From: Eledone cirrhosa
Lineage: Eukaryota
Reading direction: 5' to 3'
Assembly (NCBI GenBank): GCA_964016885.1
Contig: CAXHJY010001439.1
Span: forward strand, 62,001-126,000
DNA length: 64,000 nt
Made by a program: the position numbers and the translations under genes. The notes under the pieces are model-generated. The model saw only the letters and a program-made list of their open reading frames with translations. It searched no databases and was not told where the DNA came from. Of the stretch, positions 11,523-26,959 are shown one piece after another (positions within the stretch are counted from its first letter, which is position 1; every line of letters starts with the position of its first letter).

Positions 11523-13255
11523 TACCTCCTACATAAGCTTAGGGAAGAAATACCGGCCCTACAAGGAGGTGTATATAGGGACGACGCCCTGTTTACCGTT
11601 AGGAACCATAGCCCCCGTAGGATAGAGAACCTTAACAAACATATACACAGGTTCTTTAAGTCATACGGCCTGTCCGTAACTATGGACCTCAACCACAGGG
11701 TTGTCAACTTCCTGGACGTGACCCTGGAGTTGAGTACGGGCTTATACAAGCCATACCATAAGCCTGGAGAGTGCCTCTCTTATATTAATTATGCCTCCAA
11801 CCACCCTAAGCAGACTCTCAACTCCATAGTCTATAGTATCTCACATAGAATCTCGAGTCTATCCGCCAATGAGGATATCTTCAACCAAGCGGCTGATTAC
11901 TACAATAGGGCCCTGATAAGCGCCGGCTTTAACCGAGGAATTTCCTACATCCCTAACGCTAGCTCTAGAAACCACCCCCCTCATAAAACTAACGTTATAG
12001 TAAGCCATACCTATAACCGATCACGCGGCGACCTCGTTAAAGTCAGATATAATAGAATAGATAACCGCACTAAAGATCACGTCCCCGGCGACGGTGAATA
12101 CTGTAGATTACTCAAACTATTCCCCTATTACAAAACCAACAAAGGCGACGGCCTACTACCAACGCCTTCCAACCAACATCTTCGTGTACATAAACATGGA
12201 AGTGGTAGAAAGAGTGCACCCGAGCATAAAGTGAAAGGGGCACCGAACGGGCGACAGCGCATTAACACACATATGAGCGATCACTTAGATGGAACCACCC
12301 GTAGCAAAAGTACAAGGACACGTAATCGCCACCGTAACGTCCTATGGTTCCACCCCCCTACTCTCGAAGTGTGGCCTCCAACATACCCCGGATATTCTTC
12401 GAAGCCTTAGAGAAGAACTTCCCACCCAACCATAGGTATAGAAAAATTCTTAATAGGAACAATATAAAAATATCCTTCTCTACTACTCCTAACCTAGCAG
12501 ACATCATAGGAACAACGAACCACAGTAAGATCACCAAGACACAGCACCTCGACGCAGACGCACCTACACCCGACAATAACTGTATCGGCCTTAACAACTC
12601 CCTGACAGCATCCAATAGTGTTAGCAACGGCATCCGCAGACGCAACCAGAATGACCGCAAAGTGACTGGGGAGCATGCAAAACATGGCGTGCGGAATAAC
12701 AATCGCACCATCCCGCGTGCTGTGGGCTGTAATTGTGCTAACGACAGCTGCGGTAGCGCAGATAGCAACGTAGGCAGCAACAATGATAGCCTTATCGTGG
12801 GAAATAGACGGAACAGCGACAGAAATTGCAACTGCCGCGACAGAGGACGGTGCCCCCTTAGAGGACACTGCTTGACCGATAGGGTTATATATAGATGCAC
12901 TATTACTAGCCACAATAGCGTTAAACATTATATAGGGGCCACCTCCGGCCCGTTCAAAATTAGGTTTCGAACACATCTCCACTCTTTCACAAATAGAAAA
13001 CTAAGGCACTCCACCTCGCTCGCGGACTACATCACATCACTAAAGGACTTAAACATTAGCTTCTCCACGCACTGGGAGATTGTCGACAGGGCTGCACCGT
13101 ACAATTTCAAGAGGAAATGCGATCTTTGCCTCATGGAGCTCTACCACATCATAACTGCACCCTACGAGCTCATCAACAGCAGAGCTGAAACAGCGATAAG
13201 TTGTACACATCGCTTAAAAATATCCTTCTTTAGATGGGTTAAGAATGAAGAGTGA
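11523..13255 (+). pseudogene. PLE RT/GIY-YIG polyprotein fragment; -1 frameshift in the C6 run at 12353-12358
   Basis: Frame is open from 11523: LQGGVYRDDAL...VNFLDVTLEL...YKPYHKP...SNHP...VLWFHPP / YSRSVASN...KNFPPNHRYRKILNRNNIKISFST...CNCRDRGRCPLRGHCL...VIY..HYIGAT...CDLCLME...SCTH. Collinear with the intact ORF at 50489. Confidence 0.92.
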
Positions 13256-13507
13256 AATAGCACACTGGATCTCCCTGCAACAAGTCTTAACACCCCGGCG
13301 GGCAGGCGCAGCAAAATAACACCCAGAAAACAATCCTTGCATACCAAAAATTATCCGGGAAAGACTGCCCTAACACCGGCCAAAGTTACCTCCCTTGACC
13401 TGCTGCAAAATCAAAACAAGAGATTTTTGCGAGCAATGAATCTTGATGTGGATTTAACCCCCAAAACTCTTTCCGAACTATATAAGGAACACTTGTGATT
13501 GTTTATG

Positions 13508-13545
13508 CCCTTGAGAAGCCCAACTGGGCGAAACGTACGTAGGTG
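13508..13545 (+). ncRNA. Minimal hammerhead ribozyme, U3-A8 core variant
   Basis: ccc-TTGAGAA-gcccaactgggc-GAAAC-gtac-GTA-gg: perfect stem II, palindromic stem III ACGTACGT, located in the PLE 3' region. Confidence 0.8.
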
Positions 13546-13764
13546 ATATTTTAAATAAACATGTTTTAACGGTCTATTCTCCGATTTTTCACTTTCCCAC
13601 GTGCTTACGCTCTGCTAACTCTTCTAGCCCACTAAATATTAACACTTCGAATATTTAATACTGCCGGCACTAGTATCGAGCACCTTTGGCATACGCTACT
13701 TTGCAAATAACTATATGTATCACCTATCCCTCCTTTTTTTCTCTCTTTCTCGATACGTAAATAC

Positions 13765-13805
13765 TATATATATATATATATATGATATATATATATATAT
13801 GTATG

Positions 13806-13842
<37 letters not shown>

Positions 13843-13920
13843 ATATATATATATATGTATGATTATATATATATATATATATATGCATGTATGATATATA
13901 TATATATATATATATGTATG

Positions 13921-13953
<33 letters not shown>

Positions 13954-13974
13954 ATATATATATATATATGTATG

Positions 13975-14005
<31 letters not shown>

Positions 14006-14385
14006 ATATATATATATATATATGTATGTACGATATATATATATATGTATGATATATATATATATTTATGTATGATATATATATATGTATGTATGATATA
14101 TATATATGTATGTATGATATATATATATGTATGTATGATATATATATATATATGTATGTATGATATATATATATATGTCTGTATGATATATATATATATA
14201 TATGTATGTATGATATATATATATATGTATGTATGATACATATATATATATATGTATGTATGATATATATATATATATATGTATGTATGATATATATATA
14301 TGTATGTATGATATATATATATATATATGTATGATATATATATATATATGTATGTATGATATATATATATATATATGTATGTATG

Positions 14386-14463
<78 letters not shown>

Positions 14464-14560
14464 ATATATATATATGTATGATATATATATATGTATGTAT
14501 GATATATATATATGTATGTATGATATATATATATATGTATGTATGATATATATATATATC

Positions 14561-14592
<32 letters not shown>

Positions 14593-14904
14593 ATATATAT
14601 ATATATATATATGTATGATATATATATATATGTATGTATGATATATATATATATGTATGTATGTATGATATATATATATATATGTATGTATGATATATAT
14701 ATATGTATGTATGATATATATATATTTATGTATGATATATATATGTATGTATGTATGATATATATATATGTATGTATGATATATATATATTTATGTATGA
14801 TATATATATATATGTATGTATGATATATATATATATGTATGTATGATATATATATATTTATGTATGATATATATATATGTATGTATGATATATATATGTA
14901 TGTA

Positions 14905-14950
<46 letters not shown>

Positions 14951-15165
14951 GTGTACATATATGTATGTATGATATATATATATATATGTATGTATGATAT
15001 ATATATATATATATGTATGTATGATATATATATATATATATGTATGTATGATATATATATATATATGTATGTATGATATATATATATATATGTATGTATG
15101 ATATATATATATATATGTGTATGATATATATGTGTATGATACATATATATGTATGATATATACAT

Positions 15166-15222
<57 letters not shown>

Positions 15223-15532
15223 ATATATATATATACATATATGTATGATATATGTATGATATATATATATACATATATGTATGATATATATATATACATA
15301 TATATACATATATGTATGATATATATATATATATATCATACACATACATATATATATATATATCATACATACATATATATATATGATATACATATATATA
15401 TATGATATACATATATATATATCATATATATATATATTATATATATATATATGTAAGATATACATATATTATATATATATGTATGTATGATATATATATA
15501 TATATATCATACATATATATATACACACACAC

Positions 15533-15563
<31 letters not shown>

Positions 15564-15580
15564 TTATATATACATATATA
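13765..15580. repeat. (AT)n/GTATGTATGAT compound microsatellite
   Basis: Directly visible. Confidence 0.9.
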
Positions 15581-15719
15581 CAATCATTACTCTCCAGTTT
15601 CTCACAATCTGTTTCCGTCCTCCCACACTCTCTACAACAATCCACCAATAAAAGACGTCAGCTATATTGAGAGGGTTTTTATAGACTATTATTAAAACAC
15701 ATTAATGATCCGCCATTGG

Positions 15720-18700
15720 AACAGCAACAACAACAACAATAATAACAGCAACAATAACAACTATAAGAGCGTCAACAACAACAATAATAATAACAGCAAC
15801 AATAACAACTATAAGAGCGTCAACAACAATAATAACAGCAACAATAACAACTATAAGAGCGTCAACAACAACAATAATAACAGCAACAATAACAACTATA
15901 AGAGCGTCAACAACAACAATAATAACAGCAACAATAACAACTATAAGAGCGTCAACAACAACAACAATAATAACAGCAACAATAACAACTATAAGAGCGT
16001 CAACAACAACAATAATAACAGCAACAATAACAACTATAAGAGCGTCAACAACAACAATAATAACAGCAACAATAACAACTATAAGAGCGTCAACAACAAC
16101 AATAATAACAGCAGCAATTACAACTATAAGAGGGTCAACAACAACAACAATAATAACAGCAACAATAACAACTATAAGAGCGTCAACAACAACAATAATA
16201 ACAGCAACAATAACAACTATAAGAGCGTCAACAACAACAACAATAATAACAGCAACAATAACAACTATAAGAGCGTCAACAACAACAATAATAACAGCAA
16301 CAATAACAACTATAAGAGCGTCAACAACAACAATAATAACAGCAACAATAACAACTATAAGAGCGTCAACAACAACAATAATAACAGCAACAATAACAAC
16401 TATAAGAGCGTCAACAACAACAACAATAACAGCAACAATAACAACTATAAGAGCGTCAACAACAACAATAATAACAGCAACAATAACAACTATAAGAGCG
16501 TCAACAACAACAATAATAACAGCAACAATAACAACTATAAGAGCGTCAACAACAACAATAATAACAGCAACAATAACAACTATAAGAGCGTCAACAACAA
16601 CAATAATAACAGCAACAATAACAACTATAAGAGCGTCAACAACAATAATAATAACAGCAACAATAACAACTATAAGAGCGTCAACAACAACAATAATAAC
16701 AGCAGCAATAACAACTATAAGAGCGTCAACAACAACAACAATAACAGCAGCAATAACAACTATAAGAGCGTCAACAACAACAACAATAATAACAGCAACA
16801 ATAACAACTATAAGAGCGTCAACAACAACAATAATAACAGCAACAATAACAACTATAAGAGCGTCAACAACAATAATAATAACAGCAACAATAACAACTA
16901 TAAGAGCGTCAACAACAACAATAATAACAGCAGCAATTACAACTATAAGAGCGTCAACAACAACAACAATAATAACAGCAGCAATAACAACTATAAGAGC
17001 GTCAACAACAACAACAATAATAACAGCAACAATAACAACTATAAGAGCGTCAACAACAACAATAATAACAGCAACAATAACAACTATAAGAGCGTCAACA
17101 ACAATAATAATAACAGCAGCAATAACAACTATAAGAGCGTCAACAACAATAATAACAGCAGCAATAACAACTATAAGAGCGTCAACAACAACAACAATAA
17201 TAACAGCAGCAATAACAACTATAAGAGCGTCAACAACAATAATAACAGCAACAATAACAACTATAAGAGCGTCAACAACAACAATAATAACAGCAGCAAT
17301 TACAACTATAAGAGCGTCAACAACAACAATAATAACAGCAGCAATAACAACTATAAGAGCGTCAACAACAACAACAATAATAACAGCAGCAATAACAACT
17401 ATAAGAGCGTCAACAACAACAACAATAATAACAGCAGCAATAACAACTATAAGAGCGTCAACAACAATAATAACAGCAGCAATAACAACTATAAGAGCGT
17501 CAACAACAACAACAATAATAACAGCAGCAATAACAACTATAAGAGCGTCAACAACAATAATAACAGCAACAATAACAACTATAAGAGCGTCAACAACAAC
17601 AATAATAACAGCAGCAATTACAACTATAAGAGGGTCAACAACAACAATAATAACAGCAACAATAACAACTATAAGAGCGTCAACAACAACAATAATAACA
17701 GCAGCAATAACAACTATAAGAGCGTCAACAACAACAACAATAATAACAGCAACAATAACAACTATAAGAGCGTCAACAACAACAATAATAACAGCAGCAA
17801 TAACAACTATAAGAGCGTCAACAACAACAACAATAATAACAGCAGCAATAACAACTATAAGAGCGTCAACAACAACAATAATAACAGCAGCAATAACAAC
17901 TATAAGAGCGTCAACAACAACAACAATAATAACAGCAACAATAACAACTATAAGAGCGTCAACAACAACAATAATAACAGCAGCAATAACAACTATAAGA
18001 GCGTCAACAACAACAACAATAATAACAGCAGCAATAACAACTATAAGAGCGTCAACAACAATAATAACAGCAACAATAACAACTATAAGAGCGTCAACAA
18101 CAACAATAATAACAGCAGCAATTACAACTATAAGAGGGTCAACAACAACAATAATAACAGAAACAATAACAACTATAAGAGCGTCAACAACAACAATAAT
18201 AACAGCAGCAATAACAACTATAAGAACGTCAACAACAACAACAATAATAACAGCAACAATAACAACTATAAGAGCGTCAACAACAACAATAATAACAGCA
18301 GCAATAACAACTATAAGAGCGTCAACAACAACAATAATAACAGCAGCAATTACAACTATAAGAGCGTCAACAACAACAATAATAACAGCAGCAATAACAA
18401 CTATAAGAGCGTCAACAACAACAACAATAATAACAGCAGCAATAACAACTATAAGAGCGTCAACAACAATAATAACAGCAACAATAACAACTATAAGAGC
18501 GTCAACAACAACAATAATAACAGCAGCAATAACAACTATAAGAGCGTCAACAACAACAACAATAATAACAGCAACAATAACAACTATAAGAGCGTCAACA
18601 ACAACAATAATAACAGCAGCAATAACAACTATAAGAGCGTCAACAACAACAATAATAACAGCAGCAATAACAACTATAAGAGCGTCAACAACAACAATAA

Positions 18701-21700
18701 TAACAGCAGCAATAACAACTATAAGAGCGTCAACAACAATAATAACAGCAGCAATAACAACTATAAGAGCGTCAACAACAACAACAATAATAACAGCAGC
18801 AATAACAACTATAAGAGCGTCAACAACAATAATAACAGCAACAATAACAACTATAAGAGCGTCAACAACAACAACAATAATAACAGCAGCAATTACAACT
18901 ATAAGAGCGTCAACAACAACAATAATAACAGCAACAATAACAACTATAAGAGCGTCAACAACAATAATAACAGCAGCAATAACAACTATAAGAGCGTCAA
19001 CAACAATAATAACAGCAGCAATTACAACTATAAGAGCGTCAACAACAACAATAATAACAGCAACAATAACAACTATAAGAGCGTCAACAACAACAATAAT
19101 AACAGCAACAATAACAACGATAAGAGCGTCAACAACAACAATAATAACAGCAACAATAACAACTATAAGAGCGTCAACAACAACAATAATAACAGCAACA
19201 ATAACAACTATAAGAGCGTCAACAACAACAATAATAACAGCAACAATAACAACTATAAGAGCGTCAACAACAACAATAATAACAGCAACAATAACAACTA
19301 TAAGAGCGTCAACAACAACAATAATAACAGCAACAATAACAACTATAAGAGCGTCAACAACAACAATAATAACAGCAACAATAACAACTATAAGAGCGTC
19401 AACAACAACAATAATAACAGCAACAATAACTATAAGAGCGTCAACAACAACAATAATAACAGCAACAATAACAACTATAAGAGCGTCAACAACAACAACA
19501 ATAACAGCAACAATAACAACTATAAGAGCGTCAACAACAATAATAACAGCAGCAATTACAACTATAAGAGCGTCAACAACAACAATAATAACAGCAGCAA
19601 TTACAACTATAAGAGCGTCAACAACAATAATAACAGCAACAATAACAACTATAAGAGCGTCAACAACAATAATAACAGCAACAATAACAACTATAAGAGC
19701 GTCAACAACAACAATAATAACAGCAACAATAACAACTATAAGAGCGTCAACAACAACAATAATAACAGCAGCAATTACAACTATAAGAGCGTCAACAACA
19801 ACAATAATAACAGCAACAATAACAACTATAAGAGCGTCAACAACAACAATAATAACAGCAACAATTACAACTATAAGAGCGTCAACAACAACAATAATAA
19901 CAGCAACAATTACAACTATAAGAGCGTCAACAACAACAATAATAACAGCAACAATTACAACTATAAGAGCGTCAACAACAACAATAACAGCAACAATAAC
20001 AACTATAAGAGCGTCAACAACAACAATAATAACAGCAACAATAACAACTATAAGAGCGTCAACAACAATAATAACAGCAACAATAACAACTATAAGAGCG
20101 TCAACAACAACAATAATAACAGCAGCAATAACAACTATAAGAGCGTCAACAACAACAATAATAACATCAGCAATTACAACTATAAGAGCGTCAACAACAA
20201 CAATAATAACAGCAGCAATTACAACTATAAGAGCGTCAACAACAACAACAATAATAACAGCAACAATAACAACTATAAGAGCGTCAACAACAACAATAAT
20301 AACAGCAACAATAACAACTATAAGAGCGTCAACAACAACAATAATAACAGCAGCAATTACAACTATAAGAGCGTCAACAACAACAATAATAACAGCAACA
20401 ATAACAACTATAAGAGCGTCAACAACAATAATAATAACAGCAACAATAACAACTATAAGAGCGTCAACAACAACAATAATAACAGCAACAATAACAACTA
20501 TAAGAGCGTCAACAACAACAATAATAACAGCAACAATAACAACTATAAGAGCGTCAACAACAACAATAATAACAGCAGCAATTACAACTATAAGAGCGTC
20601 AACAACAACAACAATAATAACAGCAACAATAACAACTATAAGAGCGTCAACAACAACAACAATAACAGCAGCAATTACAACTATAAGAGCGTCAACAACA
20701 ACAATAATAACAGCAGCAATTACAACTATAAGAGCGTCAACAACAACAACAATAATAACAGCAACAATAACAACTATAAGAGCGTCAACAACAACAATAA
20801 TAACAGCAGCAATTACAACTATAAGAGGGTCAACAACAACAACAATAATAACAGCAATAATAACAACTATAAGAGCGTCAACAACAACAATAATAACAGC
20901 AGCAATTACAACTATAAGAGCGTCAACAACAACAACAATAATAACAGCAACAATAACAACTATAAGAGCGTCAACAACAACAACAATAACAGCAACAATT
21001 ACAACTATAAGAGCGTCAACAACAACAATAATAACAGCAGCAATTACAACTATAAGAGCGTCAACAACAACAACAATAATAACAGCAACAATAACAACTA
21101 TAAGAGCGTCAACAACAACAATAATAACAGCAGCAATTACAACTATAAGAGCGTCAACAACAACAACAATAATAACAGCAACAATAACAACTATAAGAGC
21201 GTCAACAACAACAATAATAACAGCAGCAATTACAACTATAAGAGCGTCAACAACAACAACAATAATAACAGCAACAATAACAACTATAAGAGCGTCAACA
21301 ACAACAATAATAACAGCAGCAATTACAACTATAAGAGGGTCAACAACAACAACAATAACAGCAACAATAACAACTATAAGAGCGTCAACAACAACAATAA
21401 TAACAGCAACAATAACAACTATAAGAGCGTCAACAACAACAACAATAACAGCAACAATAACAACTATAAGAGCGTCAACAACAATAATAACAGCAGCAAT
21501 TACAACTATAAGAGCGTCAACAACAACAATAATAACAGCAACAATAACAACTATAAGAGCGTCAACAACAACAATAATAACAGCAACAATAACAACTATA
21601 AGAGCGTCAACAACAACAACAATAACAGCAGCAATTACAACTATAAGAGCGTCAACAACAACAATAATAACAGCAGCAATTACAACTATAAGAGCGTCAA

Positions 21701-22480
21701 CAACAACAATAATAACAGCAACAATAACAACTATAAGAGCGTCAACAACAACAACAATAATAACAGCAACAATAACAACTATAAGAGCGTCAACAACAAC
21801 AATAATAACAGCAACAATAACAACTATAAGAGCGTCAACAACAATAATAACAGCAACAATAACAACTATAAGAGCGTCAACAACAATAATAACAGCAGCA
21901 ATTACAACTATAAGAGCGTCAACAACAACAATAATAACAGCAGCAATTACAACTATAAGAGGGTCAACAACAACAATAATAACAGCAACAATAACAACTA
22001 TAAGAGCGTCAACAACAACAATAATAACAGCAGCAATTACAACTATAAGAGCGTCAACAACAACAACAATAATAACAGCAACAATAACAACTATAAGAGC
22101 GTCAACAACAATAATAACAGCAACAATAACAACTATAAGAGCGTCAACAACAACAACAATAACAGCAGCAATTACAACTATAAGAGCGTCAACAACAACA
22201 ATAATAACAGCAACAATAACAACTATAAGAGCGTCAACAACAACAATAATAACAGCAGCAATTACAACTATAAGAGCGTCAACAACAACAACAATAATAA
22301 CAGCAACAATAACAACTATAAGAGCGTCAACAACAACAATAATAACAGCAACAATAACAACTATAAGAGCGTCAACAACAACAACAATAATAACAGCAAC
22401 AATATCTATAAGAGCATAAACAACAGTAATAACAGCAACAATAACAACTATAAGAGCATCATCAACGACAATAACAACTA
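15720..22480. repeat. Minisatellite with a 42-48 bp unit (AACAACAACAATAATAACAGCAACAATAACAACTATAAGAGCGTC), roughly 150 copies
   Basis: Directly visible. It degenerates into a related unit at 22480-22980. Confidence 0.97.
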
Positions 22481-22986
22481 AAATAAGAGCATCAACAGCA
22501 ACAACAATAACATCAACGACAATAACATCTATAAGAATATCAACAACAACAATAATAACACCAACAATAACAACTATAAGAGCACCAACAACAATAACAA
22601 AAACAGCAACAAATAATAAGAGCAACGATAACAACTATAAGATCAACATCAATAATAAGAGCAACGATATCAACAACAACAATAATAAGAGCAACGATAA
22701 CAACTATAAGGTCAACAACAACAATAAGAGCAACGATAACAACTATAAGGTCAACAATAATAAGAGCAACGATAACAACTATAAGGTCAGCAACAACAAT
22801 AATAAGAGCAACGATAACAACTATAAGGTCAACAACAACAATAATAAGAGCAACGATAACAACTATAAGGTCAACAACAACAATAATAAGAGCAACGATA
22901 ACAACTATAAGGTCAACAACAACAATAATAAGAGCAACGATAACAACTATAAGATCAACAACAGCAATAACAACAATAACAAAAGT

Positions 22987-23090
22987 AATAATTGTTTCTA
23001 CTTTTTTGGCACAAGGCCAGCAAATACCCCAGTGTATTACTGGTACTTATTTTATCGACCCTGTAAGGATGAAAGGCAAAGTTAACCTCT
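22987..23090 (-). mobile_element. SINE 3' fragment
   Basis: ggcacaaggccagcaa...ctggtacttattttatcgaccctgtaaggatgaaaggcaaagttaacc. Confidence 0.8.
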
Positions 23091-23214
23091 CATCCTTATG
23101 GGGTCATCTCAATAACTAAAGTAATGACAATAACAACAAAAATAACAGCGACAACAATAACAACAATATCAATAATGGCAAAACAACAATAATGGCAGCC
23201 ACGATATCAACAGT

Positions 23215-23900
23215 AACATCATCACCATCATCATCATCATCACCATCATCACCATCACCATCATCACCATCATCATCATCACCATCATCACCATCACCAT
23301 CATCACCATCATCACCATCACCATCATCAAGGTCATTACTTTTATCATCACCATCATCACCATCACCATCATCACCATCATCATCATCACCATCATCACC
23401 ATCTCCATCATCACCATCATCACCATCACCATCAAGGTCATTACTTTTATCATCACCATCATCATCATCACCATCATCACCATCACCATCATCACCATCA
23501 TCACCATCACCATCAAGGTCATTACTTTTATCACCACCATCATCATCATCATCATCACCATCATCACCATCACCATCATCACCATCATCATCATCACCAT
23601 CATCACCATCACCATCATCACCATCATCACCATCACCATCATCAAGGTCATTACTTTTATCATCACCATCATCACCATCACCATCATCACCATCATCATC
23701 ATCATCATCACCATCAAGGTCATTACTTTTATCACCATCACCATCACCATCATCATCACCATCATCACCATCATCACCATCACACATCACCATCACCATG
23801 ATCACCATGATCACCATCACCATCATCAAGGTCATTACTTTTATCGTCATCATCACCATCACCATCATCATCACCAGCACTTTTATCATCATTATCATTA
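23215..23900. repeat. (CAT/CAC)n repeat punctuated by AAGGTCATTACTTTT
   Basis: Directly visible. Confidence 0.9.
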
Positions 23901-23904
23901 CTTA

Positions 23905-24070
23905 GGGTTGGACGCCATGCTTTCCAGCATAGAGTTACGTCCCTTTACGATCTGAGTTCAAATCCCGCCTAAGTTAACTTTGCCTTTCATCCTTACGGGG
24001 TTCGATAAAATAAAGTACCAGTAATACACTGGGGTAATTGCTGGCCTTGTGCCTAAAGTAGAAACAATTA
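23905..24070 (+). mobile_element. SINE copy
   Basis: GAGTTCAAATCCCGCC B-box, core and tail as in the other copies. Confidence 0.85.
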
Positions 24071-24109
24071 TCGTCACTTTCATCAGCATCAACATCATCA
24101 TCAACATCA

Positions 24110-24680
24110 TCATTGTCAAATTCATTATCCTCCCCCTCCTCTTCCTTCTTCTTCTCCTCGTCATCACTTTTATCCTCCTCCTCCTCCTCCACCTCCTCCT
24201 CCTCCTCCTCATCATCATCATCATCAACATCATTCTTATCATTACCGTCATCACATTCATCATCATTATCATCATCATCAACACCATCGCCATCATCATT
24301 GTCAAATTCATTATCCTCCCCCTCCTCTTCCTTCTTCTTCTCCTCGTCATCACTTTTATCCTCCTCCTCCTCCACCTCCTCCTCCTCCTCCTCATCATCA
24401 TCATCATCAACATCATTCTTATCATTACCGTCATCACATTCATCATCATTATCATCATCATCAACACCATCGCCATCATCATTGTCAAATTCATTATCCT
24501 CCCCCTCCTCTTCCTTCTTCTCCTCGTCATCACTTTTATCCTCCTCCTCCTCCTCCTCCTCCACCTCCTCCTCATCATCATCATCATCAACATCATTCTT
24601 ATCATTACCGTCATCACATTCATCATCATCATTATCATCATCATCAACACCATCGCCATCATCATTGTCAAATTCATTAT
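24110..24680. repeat. Three tandem ~185-bp TCA/TCC-rich units
   Basis: cattgtcaaattcattatcc recurs at ~24110, 24296, 24479 and 24662. Confidence 0.9.
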
Positions 24681-24689
24681 CCCCCCCTC

Positions 24690-25198
24690 CTCCTCCTCAT
24701 CATTTTTTCATCATCATCATCCTCATCATCAACCACACCACCATCATCATCATCGCCATCGTTAACCCCCTCCCTCACCATCATCATCATCAACACTATA
24801 GCTATCATCATTGCCATCATCATCATCATCATTGCCATCATCATCATCATCATCATCATTATCATTATCATTATCATCATCGCCATCATTAACATCCCCC
24901 ACACCACCACCACCACCATCATCAACATCATCAACACTATAGCCATTATCATTGCCATCATCATCATCATCATCATCGCTACCACCATCAACATCATCAT
25001 TATCATTACCATCATTATCATCATCGCCATCATTAACCCCCCCCCCACCACCATCATCAACACTATAGCGATCATCATTGCCATCATCATCATCATCGTC
25101 GTCATAAAAAAGAGCCATTAATAACAGCCAACGCAACATTGCCAACACAGCTATAGCCAGATTAGTAAACAATAACAGCAATGTCATCAACAACACCT

Positions 25199-25229
<31 letters not shown>

Positions 25230-25795
25230 TAGCAGCAGCTGCAGTATCAGCAATAAAAACAGCAGCAACAGCAGCAGCAGATGTAACAGCAACAAGTAAA
25301 GCAACACCAAACAACAATAGCAGCAACATCAACAACAATAGCAGCAAGAACAGCAGTACTAGCAGCAGCAACAGCAACAACAACAGTAGCACCAACAGCA
25401 ACAACAATAACAGCAGCAACAGAAATAAAAAAAACTAACACCAACGGCAACAACAACAATAACAGCAACAACAATAGCAGCAACAGCTACACCAATAGCA
25501 GGAGCAACAGTAAAAACAACAACAGTAGCAGCAACAGTAAAAAAACAACAACAACAGTAGCAGCAGCAACAGTAAAAACAACAACAGTAGCAGCAACAGT
25601 AATAAAAACAGCAACAGCAACAACAGTATCAGTAGCAAAAGTAAAAACAACAACAACAATAGCAACAACAGTAACAGTAGGAACAGTAAAAACAACAGCA
25701 ACAGTAGCAGCAACAGTAATAAAAACAGCAACAGCAGTAGCAGCAGCAACAATATAAACAACAACAACAACAACACCACCAACAACAGTAAAACA
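24690..25795. repeat. Low-complexity CAT, then CAG/CAA trinucleotide repeats
   Basis: Directly visible. Confidence 0.85.
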
Positions 25796-26606
25796 ATGAC
25801 GTTATATCAGAAGCCAAAAGCATCCCTCCTCCCTATAAAGCTCTCCCCCTCTTCTCAACTGAAACAAAATCCACAAAAAATAAAGGACAGACTCACACAT
25901 TAATGACAAAGGCAAACATACTATCACGGGGAAAATTTTAATGGGTAAATGGTAAAAATTAGATAAACATGAAACAAAAAAAATTATTAAAAATTATAAA
26001 ATAAAATTGTAAAATGAAAACAAGGAATGAATTATACATTATCAATAAAAGATAAATGATAATATTTAAAATTTATATAAAAATGTTGAAACATAAAATC
26101 AACTTTCGAGTTAAAATGAACAACATTCAGAAATATATATATATTTTTTGGTGAAACCAAAGTTTTAAAACATAAAATGTAATTTTAAAAGAAGAGTTAA
26201 AAAATAAAACACAATAGTATGGTAAGATAAACAAGAATATATATATATGTATATATATGTATATATATAATAAAAGAAAGATGTGGATAGCTATGAAAAA
26301 ATGGACATGTTATTGCATAAATATGTGCACCTGTATGTATGTTTATGAGAATATATACACACACATATATCTATATATCTATATATATATATATATATAA
26401 ATACATATATATACACATGCACATATGTATGTATATGGGAGTGCACATACATATATATACATACATACATATATATATATGTACATATATATGCACTCGC
26501 ATATACATACATACATACATATATATATATATATATGTATATGCACTCCCATATATATATGCACTCGCATATACATACATACATATATATATATGTATGT
26601 GCACTC

Positions 26607-26664
<58 letters not shown>

Positions 26665-26751
26665 TCCCATACATATATATATATATACACACATGTATAT
26701 ATATATATGTATATGTACTCCCATATACATATATATATATACACATATATG

Positions 26752-26782
<31 letters not shown>

Positions 26783-26912
26783 GTGCACTCCCAACTTCCA
26801 AATGTTTCTTATTTTTCAATCTATCTCTCCCTCTATCCACACATACGCACACAGATATATATATATATATATATATATATACGCATACACACACACGCAC
26901 ACACACATATAT

Positions 26913-26959
<47 letters not shown>

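Larger units (their letters stand above)
11523..13764 (+). mobile_element. 5'-truncated Penelope-like element (Naiad-type) with 3' pLTR
   Basis: RT C-terminus and GIY-YIG coding region followed by a 3' region with a hammerhead motif and AATAAA. Both ends abut the same (AT)n compound repeat. Confidence 0.92.

Noticed and set aside
15702-22634. 2258-aa Asn-rich and 2310-aa Val/Ile-rich ORFs; superficial CRISPR-like regularity
   Set aside because: Pure minisatellite translation with no unique domains. The inter-repeat segments are not unique spacers and there are no cas genes.
23116-25310. Asp/Glu-rich acidic ORFs resembling biomineralisation proteins
   Set aside because: Trinucleotide repeats interrupted by a SINE; no signal peptide or credible gene structure.
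25807-25858. Possible minus-strand exon after tttgtttcAG (other splice-flanked islands at ~4631-4806, 30627-30683, 41985-42050, 44000-44085, 57975-58118)
   Set aside because: No recognisable protein and several frames contain stops. A host gene with tiny exons cannot be excluded without RNA-seq or tBLASTx.
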